From an uncultured archaeon (lineage in GTDB: Archaea > Aenigmatarchaeota > Aenigmatarchaeia > Aenigmatarchaeales > Aenigmatarchaeaceae), in the NCBI GenBank assembly GCA_964348065.1, contig CAYGBE010000155.1, positions 35,664 through 99,663 on the forward strand: a stretch of DNA of 64,000 nucleotides, in the 5' to 3' direction. Positions within the stretch are counted from its first letter, which is position 1. Every line of letters starts with the position of its first letter. A program made the position numbers and the translations under genes. Below the pieces are notes generated by a model that had not been told where the DNA came from, made no database searches, and was given only the letters and a program-made list of their open reading frames with translations. Of the stretch, positions 29,848-39,726 are shown in pieces.

Positions 29848-30238
29848 TTAACCTACCTAAAAGTTTTAATAAAGCATACATGATTGCTTCTGGTCTTGGT
29901 GGACATCCAGGAACATAAATATTAACAGGAATAACTTTGTCTGTTGGGCCTGCAAAATTGTATCCGGTTTTAAATGGACCACCGGTTATGGCACAAGAAC
30001 CAATTGCAACTACTACTTTGTTTTTTGCCATTTGATTATAGATGGTTTTTAATCTCTCTTTGTTTTGTTTATTAACAATTCCACTAACCAATAAAATGTC
30101 TGCATGTCTTGCACTTGCTCTTAACAAACAACCAAATCTTTCAATATCGTATCTAGGTGTTAGCAAAGCTGCTATTTCTATTATGCAACCATTACAACCT
30201 CCAACATCATAATTACAAATCCATGGTGATTTTTTCAT
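29813..30238 (-). CDS. [NiFe] hydrogenase small subunit, group 4 (NuoB/EchC-like)
   Basis: GGCNGCIIEI … GSCAITGG … GCPPRPE, the proximal-cluster Cys pattern of NuoB and group-4 small subunits. Confidence 0.8.
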   Translation of the reverse strand: MKKSPWICNYDVGGCNGCIIEIAALLTPRYDIERFGCLLRASARHADILLVSGIVNKQNKERLKTIYNQMAKNKVVVAIGSCAITGGPFKTGYNFAGPTDKVIPVNIYVPGCPPRPEAIMYALLKLLGRLNERPKTRNKKV

Positions 30239-30405
30239 AAACTAACACCTGCTAATAAAAGGAGAACAACCAAAACAAGGAATGTAATCCAAATCCATTT
30301 TTTATTAAAGAAATGTCCATATGCTTCTGGTGATAAATCTTCTGGATTATCTCTTTCTCCTCCTATGTAAAGATCTAAAACATGTTTTACTTTTTTCTTT
30401 TTCAT
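30235..30405 (-). CDS. 56-aa single-TM ORF translationally coupled between the antiporter-like and small-subunit genes
   Basis: Hand-translated: MKKKKVKHVLDLYIGGERDNPEDLSPEAYGHFFNKKWIWITFLVLVVLLLLAGVSL. ATGA overlaps at both ends (30402-30405 and 30235-30238). Confidence 0.35.
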   Translation of the reverse strand: MKKKKVKHVLDLYIGGERDNPEDLSPEAYGHFFNKKWIWITFLVLVVLLLLAGVSL

Positions 30406-31280
30406 ATTATCATCGATAATATTGCTAATTGTAATTGTGGAAGGAAACCTAAAACAATAAGAACAATAGCCAAAATTCCATTTAGAATTGTAATTTCTCT
30501 TGGTATATGTTTTTGTCTTGTTTTCCCTATCAACAAAAAGTAAACAACTTTATAATACATTATAAATAATAACAAAGCTGCAAAAACTCCAAGTATAGTT
30601 ATAACTGGTGTTATTACAAAACTTTTTGTAAATAACAACCATTCTGAAACAAACATATTAAAGGCTGGTAAACCTGCTAATGATAAGCATGCTATTGTTG
30701 CAAAAATATCATTCCACCTGTTAGCAAAATAAGAGCCTTCTAATTCATAAACATAAACTTTACCTCTTCCGAATATACCAATTGTTAAAAAGAAAGCTAA
30801 ACCAGCAAATGTGTAATTAAAGATTTGAATTGTACTTAATGGACCAAATCCACCGAATATTCTAGCAATTGACAAATCAGCCACAACAAACAAAATCTGA
30901 ATTGCATTTGATATTAACAAATATCTTTTCAACTTTCTTTCAAAAATTCCAAAAATTGCTAATGAGCATAAAACCAACAAAGACAACAAACCTATTAGCA
31001 AATAAAATCGAGAATGCATAAAAAACAAATTCAAAAAAAACCAAGAAAGAAGAACTGCTGTAAACATGTTAATTGTTATGAAGGTTGTCAGATTTAGTTT
31101 TTTATAAAATAACAAAACTATTAAAATCAAAAAAGATATTTGCCAATAAACAAATGAAATAAAAGAGAAAATTATTAGAAGTATAATTGAAAATAAGTTC
31201 TTTTTTTCATAAAAGAATGAAAATATTGATGTTGATATTCCTATTATTGAAATAAGAACTGCAAAAAAAGTTTGTATCAT
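30402..31280 (-). CDS. antiporter-like membrane subunit (NuoN/EchA/MbhH-like), short form
   Basis: 292 aa polytopic. The …LAGLPAFNMFVSEWLLF… segment resembles the GxPPxxGFxxK segment of Mrp/NuoLMN-type subunits. Confidence 0.45.
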   Translation of the reverse strand: MIQTFFAVLISIIGISTSIFSFFYEKKNLFSIILLIIFSFISFVYWQISFLILIVLLFYKKLNLTTFITINMFTAVLLSWFFLNLFFMHSRFYLLIGLLSLLVLCSLAIFGIFERKLKRYLLISNAIQILFVVADLSIARIFGGFGPLSTIQIFNYTFAGLAFFLTIGIFGRGKVYVYELEGSYFANRWNDIFATIACLSLAGLPAFNMFVSEWLLFTKSFVITPVITILGVFAALLLFIMYYKVVYFLLIGKTRQKHIPREITILNGILAIVLIVLGFLPQLQLAILSMII

Positions 31281-31315
31281 ACTTCTATTTTATAATGACT
31301 TGCTCTTATTATTAA

Positions 31316-32251
31316 CTATCTTAACAATATGCTAGTTATCACAAACAAAACATATAGTAATAGAAGTAATATTCCTTCTTTTCTTGTTATTTTTGCTTGT
31401 GTTTTAGCAAAAATAGCAAAAACTCCTATAATCAGCATTAAAAAGAATGCTCCAATAAGAAATGGCAGAAAACTTGCTCTAATTGGATATATTACAGCTG
31501 CCAAACCTAAAACAAGTGAAGAATTCATAACAACACTTCCTAATAAATCGCCTAATGCCATTCCACTAAAACCTTTTCTCACAGAATTAGTCTCAAAAGA
31601 CAATTCTGGCAGAGTCGTCCCTATGCCAACAATAACTAAACCAACTAAAATTTCTGGAAGTAATAATTCTATTGCTATTTGAGAAGCTATGTCAACAACA
31701 AATCTAGCAGAAATCAAAAGGATTATCAAACTCACTATAAATATCATAACTTGTATTAAAATTTGCATTTGTGATATACCATCTTTAAGAGACTTGAAAT
31801 GTTTTCTGTCTCTTATAAGTCTTATAATATACCAAGCAAAAACAACTAGTAATAAAACTCCGTCAATTCTTGACAATTCTTGATCTAAAAACAATAAAAT
31901 GGGCAAAAAAGCTATCATAGTAGTATAGAGTATATCTTTTCTGTTTATTTCCTTCTCAACTCTTACTTGTTTTCCTAATAAAGCTGCTGTTCCAATCACT
32001 ATAGTTAAATCAACTATATTAGCTCCTATTACATCGCCTAAAGAAATAGCAGATATTTGTTTAAGAGCAGAAAATATGCCAACAAAAAGTTCTGGTATTG
32101 AAGTTGAAAATGCTACTAAAACAAAACCAAGCACAAATTCTTTCATTTGATAATGTTTAGCTATTTGTGATAAGCTCTTTACAACCATATTTCCACTAAA
32201 AGCTAAAAAGACACATGCTATTAAAAAATATAGGAAGTAAAGGACTATCAT
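31316..32251 (-). CDS. Na+/Ca2+ exchanger-like CaCA-family antiporter
   Basis: Two alpha-repeats: GDVIGANIVDLTIVIGTAAL and GDLLGSVVMNSSLVLGLAAV, with STSIPELFV / GTTLPELSF. Confidence 0.7.
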   Translation of the reverse strand: MIVLYFLYFLIACVFLAFSGNMVVKSLSQIAKHYQMKEFVLGFVLVAFSTSIPELFVGIFSALKQISAISLGDVIGANIVDLTIVIGTAALLGKQVRVEKEINRKDILYTTMIAFLPILLFLDQELSRIDGVLLLVVFAWYIIRLIRDRKHFKSLKDGISQMQILIQVMIFIVSLIILLISARFVVDIASQIAIELLLPEILVGLVIVGIGTTLPELSFETNSVRKGFSGMALGDLLGSVVMNSSLVLGLAAVIYPIRASFLPFLIGAFFLMLIIGVFAIFAKTQAKITRKEGILLLLLYVLFVITSILLR

Positions 32252-32327
32252 AATAATTATGTTCTATTAGCCGGCTTATATTATTTTCTAATGATTAAAT
32301 TTAAGTTGGAGAAGATTAACAAATATT

Positions 32328-34979
32328 ATGAACAAATGGCATACAATGAGTGTTGATTCTGTTTTTAGTGCTCTAAAAACAAGTAAAAAAGGTCTTAGTA
32401 CATCTAAAGCTCAAAGCAGACTTAGAGAGTATGGGTTAAACAAACTAAAAGAGAAAAAGAGAAAAACAGCTTTATTGATTTTTATTGAACAATTCAAGAG
32501 TTTTTTAGTTATTTTATTGTTAGCTGCAGTAATAATATCGATCTTTCTTGGCGTTTTCTCAGATGAAAGTCATTTTATAGATGCAGCAGTTATAGGCGCA
32601 ATCATAATTCTAAATGCTATTTTAGGTTTTTATCAAGAATACAAAGCAGAAAAAACATTAGAAGCATTAAAAAGACTGGTTATAAGAAAAGTAGTAGTCG
32701 TAAGAAATGGAAAACATATTGAAATAAAAACTGAAGAGCTTGTTCCTGGTGATATTGTTCTTTTAGACGCTGGAAATAGAGTTCCAGCAGATTTAAGAAT
32801 TTTTGAAGCTCGTGAATTGAAAATTGATGAATCAGCATTAACAGGAGAATCTGTTCCTGTTAAAAAAGGAATTAATGTTTTAAAAGATGTAGCAGTTGCA
32901 GAAAGAAAAAACATGGCATTTATGGGAACTTTAATTACTTATGGTAGAGGATTGGGCATAGTTGTTTCAACTGGAATGGCAACTGAAATGGGAAAAATAG
33001 CTGGCATGGTTCAAGAAAAAGAAGAGATGACACCATTACAGAGGAAATTACAAAAATTCGGAAAATCTTTGGGAATTGTTGTTTTTGTAATTACTATGAT
33101 TATATTTTTTCTTGGGATTCTAAGAGCTGAGAGCATTGTTAATATGTTCATGACTGCAATGAGCTTGGCAATATCAGCTGTTCCAGAAGGCCTACCAGCT
33201 GTTATAACACTCACTCTAGCCCTGGGAACTCAAAGAATGTTAAAAAGAAACTCAATTGTTAAAAGACTGGCAGCAGTTGAGAGTTTAGGATCTACAACTA
33301 TTATATGTGCTGACAAAACTGGAACAATGACAACCAATGAAATGACTGTAAGAAAAGTTTGGGTTTCTGGAAAATTATTAAATGTTACTGGTGTTGGTTT
33401 TGAACCTAAAGGAGATTTTCTATTAAATAAAAAGAAAGTAGATACAAAAAGAGTAGGAAGTCTTGACTTATTATTAAAAATATCATCAATGTGTAATGAT
33501 TCTATTTTAAAGGAAAAACCAAGATGGCATATAATTGGTGATCCAACAGAAGGAGCATTAAAAGTTTTAGCATCAAAAGGAGGAATGAAAAAATATTATA
33601 AAAGAGTTGATGAAATTCCATTTTCTTCTGAAAGAAAGAAAATGACAACAATTCACAAAATTGATAAAGAATATATTGCTTACACAAAAGGTGCTCCAGA
33701 GATCATTCTTAATGATTGTAACAAAATCTACATTAACAAAACATTGAGTAAAAGAGAAAAAGAGAAAATATTAGAAACTGTTCATCAGCTTGCTTCAAAA
33801 GGCTTAAGAGTTTTAGCTTTTGCACACAAAAATCTAGGAAATAAATACTCTTTAAAATCTGTTGAAAAAGAAATGACCTTTGTTGGTTTAGCTGCAATGA
33901 TAGATCCACCAAGAAAAGAAACAACAAAAGCAATTGTATTATGTAAAAGAGCTGGAATAAGAATAGTAATGATAACTGGTGATCATAAATTAACTGCCAA
34001 AGCTATAGGAGCAGAAGTTGGTTTAATAGGAAAAGCAGTAATAGGAGATGAATTAGACAATTTTGATGATGAAAAATTAAAAGAAGTTGTAGAAGAAACT
34101 GTTATATATGCAAGAGTATCACCCCAACACAAATTAAAGATTGTGGAAGCTCTGAGATCAAAAGGCCATATAGTTGCCATGACAGGAGATGGGGTAAATG
34201 ATGCACCTGCTCTTAAAAAAGCAGATGTTGGAGTAGCAATGGGTATTAAAGGAACTGATGTTTCAAAAGAAGCTGCTGATATGATTCTAAAAGATGATAA
34301 TTTCTCTACAATAATATCTGCTGTTGAAGAAGGTAGAGGAATCTATGATAATATAAAGAAATTCGTAAGATTCCTTTTGGCAGCCAATTTTGCTGAACTA
34401 ATAACAATAACAGCAGCAATAGTAATAGGTCTTATAGATCCTATTACAGGAGCAATTGCACTACCTTTTTTACCTCTTCACTTATTATGGATTAATCTAA
34501 TTACAGACGGTGTCCCTGCTTTGGCATTAGGTGTTGATCCAAAAGATCCTAATATAATGAAAGAACCTCCTAGAGATCCTAAAAAAGGAATAGTAACAGG
34601 TTTGTTATTTTTCATAATAGCTGTATCAATATTAAATTTCATTGCATCTTTTGCTATTTTTATTCTAGAATTACCAAATGGTTTAGAAAAAGCAAGGACA
34701 ATGACTGTTACAACTACAATATTATTTGAAATGTTCTTTATATTTAATTGTAGATCTGAGAAAAAGGGTGCATTTAGATCCAACCCTCTAGCAAATAAAA
34801 AGTTATTTATTGCTGTAATAATATCTATTCTCTTACAGATAGTAATAATATATGTTCCATTTCTCCAAGGAATGTTCCATTTAACTGCATTAAATCTAAT
34901 GGATTGGGCAAAAGTATTGTTATTCGCCAGTCTAGGTTTCATAGCAATGCCCGAAATCTTCATAAGAAAGAAAAAATAA
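32328..34979 (+). CDS. P-type cation-transporting ATPase, type IIA (Ca2+-ATPase-like)
   Basis: Phosphorylation site ICADKTGTMTTN, plus TGDHKLTA, MTGDGVNDAPALKKADVGVAMG and 10 TM helices; 883 aa. Confidence 0.8.
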   Translation: MNKWHTMSVDSVFSALKTSKKGLSTSKAQSRLREYGLNKLKEKKRKTALLIFIEQFKSFLVILLLAAVIISIFLGVFSDESHFIDAAVIGAIIILNAILGFYQEYKAEKTLEALKRLVIRKVVVVRNGKHIEIKTEELVPGDIVLLDAGNRVPADLRIFEARELKIDESALTGESVPVKKGINVLKDVAVAERKNMAFMGTLITYGRGLGIVVSTGMATEMGKIAGMVQEKEEMTPLQRKLQKFGKSLGIVVFVITMIIFFLGILRAESIVNMFMTAMSLAISAVPEGLPAVITLTLALGTQRMLKRNSIVKRLAAVESLGSTTIICADKTGTMTTNEMTVRKVWVSGKLLNVTGVGFEPKGDFLLNKKKVDTKRVGSLDLLLKISSMCNDSILKEKPRWHIIGDPTEGALKVLASKGGMKKYYKRVDEIPFSSERKKMTTIHKIDKEYIAYTKGAPEIILNDCNKIYINKTLSKREKEKILETVHQLASKGLRVLAFAHKNLGNKYSLKSVEKEMTFVGLAAMIDPPRKETTKAIVLCKRAGIRIVMITGDHKLTAKAIGAEVGLIGKAVIGDELDNFDDEKLKEVVEETVIYARVSPQHKLKIVEALRSKGHIVAMTGDGVNDAPALKKADVGVAMGIKGTDVSKEAADMILKDDNFSTIISAVEEGRGIYDNIKKFVRFLLAANFAELITITAAIVIGLIDPITGAIALPFLPLHLLWINLITDGVPALALGVDPKDPNIMKEPPRDPKKGIVTGLLFFIIAVSILNFIASFAIFILELPNGLEKARTMTVTTTILFEMFFIFNCRSEKKGAFRSNPLANKKLFIAVIISILLQIVIIYVPFLQGMFHLTALNLMDWAKVLLFASLGFIAMPEIFIRKKK

Positions 34980-35027
34980 CTACTTAGAAGTGATTTTTTT
35001 TAAATACTAGTTTTCTAAATTAATATT

Positions 35028-35573
35028 ATGAAAGACTTCATCATAAAATTAGCAAGACAAACAATAGAAAACTATGTAAAAACAGGTAAACAAATTGATA
35101 TTCCTGAAAATTATCCTGAAGAATTAAATGAAAAAAAAGGAGTTTTTGTTACAATTTACAAGAAAAACACAAAACAACTAAGAGGATGCATAGGAATACC
35201 TTATCCTGAATTGCCTTTAATAGAAGCTTTAATACAAGCTGCTGTTTCTGCATGCTCAGACCCTAGATTTCAAATCTTAAAACAAGAAGAATTGGAAGAT
35301 ATATTTATTGAAATCTCTATTTTAACTAATCCAGAGCCATTAAAAACTAGAGATTTTGAAAAAGAAGTAGAAATTGGTAAACATGGCTTAATAATAAGAA
35401 AAGGTTTACGAGGAGGCTTGTTTTTACCTAAGGTTCCTGTGGAACAAAACTGGAATATGGAAGAGTATTTGGAAAATTTATGCTACAAAGCAGGATTAAC
35501 AACTGATTCTTGGCTAGATCCTAGTTCTAAACTATTCAAATTTGAAGCAAGTGTTTTTGAGGAAAAGCTTTAA
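35028..35573 (+). CDS. AMMECR1-domain protein
   Basis: LRGCIGIPYP signature (LRGCIG) and overall 181-aa length. Confidence 0.75.
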   Translation: MKDFIIKLARQTIENYVKTGKQIDIPENYPEELNEKKGVFVTIYKKNTKQLRGCIGIPYPELPLIEALIQAAVSACSDPRFQILKQEELEDIFIEISILTNPEPLKTRDFEKEVEIGKHGLIIRKGLRGGLFLPKVPVEQNWNMEEYLENLCYKAGLTTDSWLDPSSKLFKFEASVFEEKL

Positions 35574-35593
35574 AAACCTTTCTAATTCTGCAT

Positions 35594-35920
35594 ATGACGA
35601 AGATAAGCTTAAAACTCGCCTTTTCTAAACTTTTATTAGGTGAAAAAATGTCAGTAGAATTGATGTGGTTGGGATTAGTACTTTTAATTGCACCTGTTTT
35701 AGGAGCTTATGCCAAAATTATTAAAGATAAAAGGGGATTTGTTTGGTTAACAGGTGCAGGAGCCATGTACCTTTTAGCAGAGGCATTCAATGTTGGTCAA
35801 GTATATTTAACAGAGTGGATACCCTCTGGATTGAATTATGGAACAATGATATTTAACATAATAGGTTTGATAGCAACATTCATTGGAGCATTGATGGTAG
35901 CATCCAGTGTCTTCAAGTAG
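35594..35920 (+). CDS. small Ala/Gly-rich membrane protein (possible member of the LE-motif family)
   Basis: 108 aa, 3 TM. YLLAEAF motif; local GC is higher than in the flanks. Confidence 0.4.
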   Translation: MTKISLKLAFSKLLLGEKMSVELMWLGLVLLIAPVLGAYAKIIKDKRGFVWLTGAGAMYLLAEAFNVGQVYLTEWIPSGLNYGTMIFNIIGLIATFIGALMVASSVFK

Positions 35921-36010
35921 TTTTTTACTTTTCATCCCCTTTTATTTCTTTTATTTTTAAAGAGCGAAACTTTTAAGAGTCAGGAATTATAAGAAAATAT
36001 AGGTGAAATT

Positions 36011-36391
36011 ATGGCAAAAAAGAAAACAGGATGGGTAAAGGCTAGTGGATGGTTATTCATATTGGGTATAATAATATCCATCATAGCAGGTCTATTTCCA
36101 TCGATCGATCCCACTGCAGTAACAGGCGTCCTAGCAATACTAGGTTTTATTATTGGATTACTAGGAATAGCAGGCGTAGGCAGCATTGACAAAACAGAAA
36201 CTAACATGTTCTTATTAGCAGTTGTTGCATTAATGGCAGCTGGCGGTGCAGGAGCAGCATTTGCAAGACTTCCTGACCCAGTAGGCGGTTACTTAATGAA
36301 CATAGTCAATTACATTGGAATACTAGTTGTTCCAGCAGCAGTCTTAATGGCATTAGAAGCAATTTGGAAAGCAGGCTCAACAAAGTTCTAA
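36011..36391 (+). CDS. small Ala/Gly-rich 4-TM membrane protein (LE-motif family)
   Basis: 126 aa. AGGAGAAFARLPDP…LMALEAIWK resembles the paralogs at 41225-42883. AGGTGA Shine-Dalgarno-like motif 5 nt upstream. Confidence 0.45.
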   Translation: MAKKKTGWVKASGWLFILGIIISIIAGLFPSIDPTAVTGVLAILGFIIGLLGIAGVGSIDKTETNMFLLAVVALMAAGGAGAAFARLPDPVGGYLMNIVNYIGILVVPAAVLMALEAIWKAGSTKF

Positions 36392-36432
36392 TTACCTTTA
36401 TACTTTTATAACCTTCCCCTTTCTTTTTTTTA

Positions 36433-37302
36433 TTGTTAAAAATATTATTCTATATGAGCTTTAATACAAAATTAAGAAATAAGCTTAAGAATAAGCTTAA
36501 TAAAAAAGAACTAGATTATCTTCCTAAAGGATATCAAATTATTGGAAATATTCTTCTAATAAAACTTGATAAAAAACTGTTAAAACACAAAAAAATAATA
36601 GGAAAAGCAATAATTGGGATTTTGCCTTATCTTCACACAGTTTGTTTGATCAAAGAAATCAAAAAACAAGTAAGAAAGCCTAAAATAGAAGTAATATTTG
36701 GTTGTAAAAATACGCAAACTCTGCATAGAGTACATGGTTGCAAATTCTTGTTAGACGTTTCAGATATAATGTGGTCTCAAGGCAATAAACAAGAAAGAAT
36801 GAGGCTAGTAAAAAATGTTAAATCTAGGGAAACAATAGTTGACATGTTTGCAGGCATTGGATACTTTTCCATATTTTTAGCTAAATACTGCAAACCTAAG
36901 AAAATCTATGCAATAGACATTAATCCCAAAGCCATAGAATATCTAAGAAGAAATATCTGGTTAAATGATGTTGAAAATAAGATTGAGATCTTGCAAGGAG
37001 ATTGCAAAAAATTTGCTAAATTATTGAAAAACACAGCAGATAGAGTAATAATGGGTTATTTATTCAAAACTGAGCAATTCTTACCCCATGCTTTAAAAAT
37101 TGCTAAAAATAAAGCTGTTATTCACTTTCATAGAACTGTAAAACAAGAGGAAATTGATAAAATAAAAGAGAAAATCAAGAAAATTGGTGAGAAAAACAAA
37201 GTTAAAATAAAGGTTTTAAAAACCAAAAGAGTAAAGTCTTATGCTCCTAAGATTTGGCATGTTGTTTATGATTTGAAAGTGATTAAAAACCGAAGCATTT
37301 AA
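36433..37302 (+). CDS. Trm5/Tyw2-family (Met-10+) SAM-dependent tRNA methyltransferase
   Basis: DMFAGIGYFSIFLAK…AIDINPKAIEYLRRNIWLN matches the class I MTase motif of Trm5/Taw2. Confidence 0.65.
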   Translation: MLKILFYMSFNTKLRNKLKNKLNKKELDYLPKGYQIIGNILLIKLDKKLLKHKKIIGKAIIGILPYLHTVCLIKEIKKQVRKPKIEVIFGCKNTQTLHRVHGCKFLLDVSDIMWSQGNKQERMRLVKNVKSRETIVDMFAGIGYFSIFLAKYCKPKKIYAIDINPKAIEYLRRNIWLNDVENKIEILQGDCKKFAKLLKNTADRVIMGYLFKTEQFLPHALKIAKNKAVIHFHRTVKQEEIDKIKEKIKKIGEKNKVKIKVLKTKRVKSYAPKIWHVVYDLKVIKNRSI

Positions 37303-37337
37303 ATGTTTTTCTTTTAATAATAAAAACAAGTGATTTA

Positions 37338-37901
37338 ATGCCATGGCCTAAATTTAGAGGAAGAAAAAAAGAAACTCAACACAAAGAAACTCAACCCAAA
37401 GAAACTAGCAAACCCACAATTTATTTTGCAACTAGAGATGGTATTACAGATGGTGGAACTGGAGGAGGACTTTTTAATTATGTGGCTGGGTTAATGGATG
37501 GTAGGCGTAGTGTGGCAATGGATACTCTTGATGAAATGAAGAAAAAGGGATATGGACTTAAAATAATAAGTGATTTTAGCTATGAACCATCAATAGGTTT
37601 AATGTTTCAAGCAGAATCTATAGAAGATGCAAAAAATAAACTTCTTGAACAAAAAAATAATATAATAACTGGAAGCGATCTAGACAAGTTTGAAGAGAAA
37701 TTGATTGAAGAACAAAAATCTAAAGCCGAAGAAAAGAAAGCAAAGACTGAAGAAAAAATAGATTTAGAAAAATACAGAATACCCGAAGAATTGAAGAAGA
37801 AACTGGCTGGAAAAACTGGAATTGAAGTAAAATCTGGAATAAATTTAGATTATGAGAAAGCGATTAAAGGCTTACATGAATGGCGAAGATTTGAAAGCTA
37901 A
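37338..37901 (+). CDS. hypothetical Lys/Glu-rich protein (187 aa)
   Basis: ORF only. Basic N-terminus and Gly-rich TDGGTGGGLFNY. Confidence 0.4.
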   Translation: MPWPKFRGRKKETQHKETQPKETSKPTIYFATRDGITDGGTGGGLFNYVAGLMDGRRSVAMDTLDEMKKKGYGLKIISDFSYEPSIGLMFQAESIEDAKNKLLEQKNNIITGSDLDKFEEKLIEEQKSKAEEKKAKTEEKIDLEKYRIPEELKKKLAGKTGIEVKSGINLDYEKAIKGLHEWRRFES

Positions 37902-38665
37902 ATTATCTTAATATCTAATCTAACTTTTAGAATTCTAGGAGCATAAGGCAAAACCTTCTGTCTTTTAACAATCTTATATTTCTTATTGAAAATTTCAGCT
38001 TTTTCTCTAACTTTTTCTTCTAAATCTTTAAAATTATTCTTCTCATTAGACAAACCATACAAATGAATTATGGTTCCTTTTTTAGAATGTAAAAAAGCTA
38101 CATCTAGATACTCTATAGCTGTTTCAACCAAAGGCATTATGATCCTATCAAATTTACCAATGTTTCTAACGCTCCTAACATCTCCACAAATGTTCTTTAT
38201 ATTGTGTAATTTGTTCAATCTAACATTTTTTTCAGAATATTCTATGCCCTTTACATTTATTTCTATGCAAGTTATTTTGCAATCAGGATGTTTTTTACCA
38301 ATTATTATAGCATAAGGAGCTACTCCAGAAAACATTACTAAAACCTTTTCTCCTGATTTTACCATTTTGGCAATTCTCTGTCTTTCAGTCCCTTCTCTTG
38401 GAGAAAAATAAACTTTTTGGGGATCAATTTTTATTGAATAACCATGTTCTCTATGAATCACTTCTGTGTTTTTATCTCCTAATAATAATTTACAGGGATA
38501 CAATCTGTAGGTGTCTTTTCTTTCAGCCAGTTTTTGAAGAACAGATTTAACAGAATTGTGTCTTCTCATTATTTCTTTTGCAACTTTTTTTGGATTTTTA
38601 GTATTAATTCCTATTATTGCAACTGATTTTTCCTTATCTCCAATGATGTCATAGGCTATTCGCAT
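37898..38665 (-). CDS. second Trm5/Tyw2-family methyltransferase (paralog)
   Basis: VLVMFSGVAPYAIIIGK…CIEINVKGIEYSEKNVRLN has the same motif order as 36433-37302. Confidence 0.6.
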   Translation of the reverse strand: MRIAYDIIGDKEKSVAIIGINTKNPKKVAKEIMRRHNSVKSVLQKLAERKDTYRLYPCKLLLGDKNTEVIHREHGYSIKIDPQKVYFSPREGTERQRIAKMVKSGEKVLVMFSGVAPYAIIIGKKHPDCKITCIEINVKGIEYSEKNVRLNKLHNIKNICGDVRSVRNIGKFDRIIMPLVETAIEYLDVAFLHSKKGTIIHLYGLSNEKNNFKDLEEKVREKAEIFNKKYKIVKRQKVLPYAPRILKVRLDIKII

Positions 38666-38699
38666 ATACTATTTATTTTAATTAATATACATTAAAATT

Positions 38700-39416
38700 A
38701 TGCTTTATCTCATAGGACTAGGCTTAAATGATGAAAACGATTTAACATTGAAAGCAGTAGAAATTGCTAAGAAATGCGAGTGTTTTATTGAATTATACAC
38801 TTCTATTTGGAAAGGCTCTTTAGAAAACTTAAAAGAAATCATAAAAAAGGATATTAATGTTTTAAACAGAAAGGATTTGGAAGAAAATCTAGAATTATTC
38901 ATTGAAAAAGCCAAGAATAATGATATTGCTTTATTTGTTCCAGGTGACCCATTAGCTGCCACTACTCATATTGATATTGTTTTTGAAGCAAGAAGAAAGA
39001 AAGTTCCTGTTAAAATAATTCATAATGCTTCTATATTCTCTGCAATAGGTGAAACTGGACTTCAAATATACAAATTTGGTAAAACAGCCACAATTCCCTT
39101 ATCTGGAAAGATGAAAAATGTTAAGAACACTGTTAGTATAAATAAGAAAAGAAGATTGCATACTTTGTTGTTATTAGATATTGATCATGAAAATAAGATA
39201 TTCATGAATGTTTCTGATGCTTTGAAAATGCTTTTAAATAAAAAAATAGTTAAAGAAACAGACCAAATAATTGCTTTTTCCAATGCTGGTGGTGATTCTA
39301 AGATACATTATGATAGTGTTAGGGGTTTAAGAATGAGGGGGATTGAGAACCCTGCTGTTCTAATAATTCCTGGTAGACTGCATTTCAGAGAAAAAGACTT
39401 TTTAGATGTGATTTAA
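38700..39416 (+). CDS. dph5: diphthine synthase
   Basis: MLYLIGLGLNDENDLTLKAVE… tetrapyrrole-methylase-fold N-terminus typical of Dph5/DphB; 238 aa. Confidence 0.8.
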   Translation: MLYLIGLGLNDENDLTLKAVEIAKKCECFIELYTSIWKGSLENLKEIIKKDINVLNRKDLEENLELFIEKAKNNDIALFVPGDPLAATTHIDIVFEARRKKVPVKIIHNASIFSAIGETGLQIYKFGKTATIPLSGKMKNVKNTVSINKKRRLHTLLLLDIDHENKIFMNVSDALKMLLNKKIVKETDQIIAFSNAGGDSKIHYDSVRGLRMRGIENPAVLIIPGRLHFREKDFLDVI

Positions 39417-39655
39417 TGGAAGAACTAAGAGAAGAAACCATGAAAATGTTAGATAAAATCAAACCTTTAATTGAAAAAATAAAAATTAATGATGAAAAAG
39501 GCAAAGAAATGCTTACCAACATGAAAGCCTATATTTCTGATTCTGAGCATTTTTTAGAACAGAAAGATTTTGTCAAAGCCTTTGAGAGTATTGTTTGGGG
39601 TTGGGCAATACTTGAGATATGTGAAGATTTGGGCGTCTTTAAAGTCGAAATATAA
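39416..39655 (+). CDS. hypothetical small protein (79 aa)
   Basis: ORF only. Confidence 0.35.
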   Translation: MEELREETMKMLDKIKPLIEKIKINDEKGKEMLTNMKAYISDSEHFLEQKDFVKAFESIVWGWAILEICEDLGVFKVEI

Positions 39656-39726
39656 TATCACTCTAAAGTAGTAAAAAATAGTAAGTTTTATATAGTTATT
39701 GTATATTATTATTTAATAGTGAAAAT

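Noticed and set aside
31329-31883. Track ORFs antisense to the CaCA exchanger gene (31329-31682, 31689-31883)
   Set aside because: Embedded antisense to a strong membrane-protein gene with no independent support.
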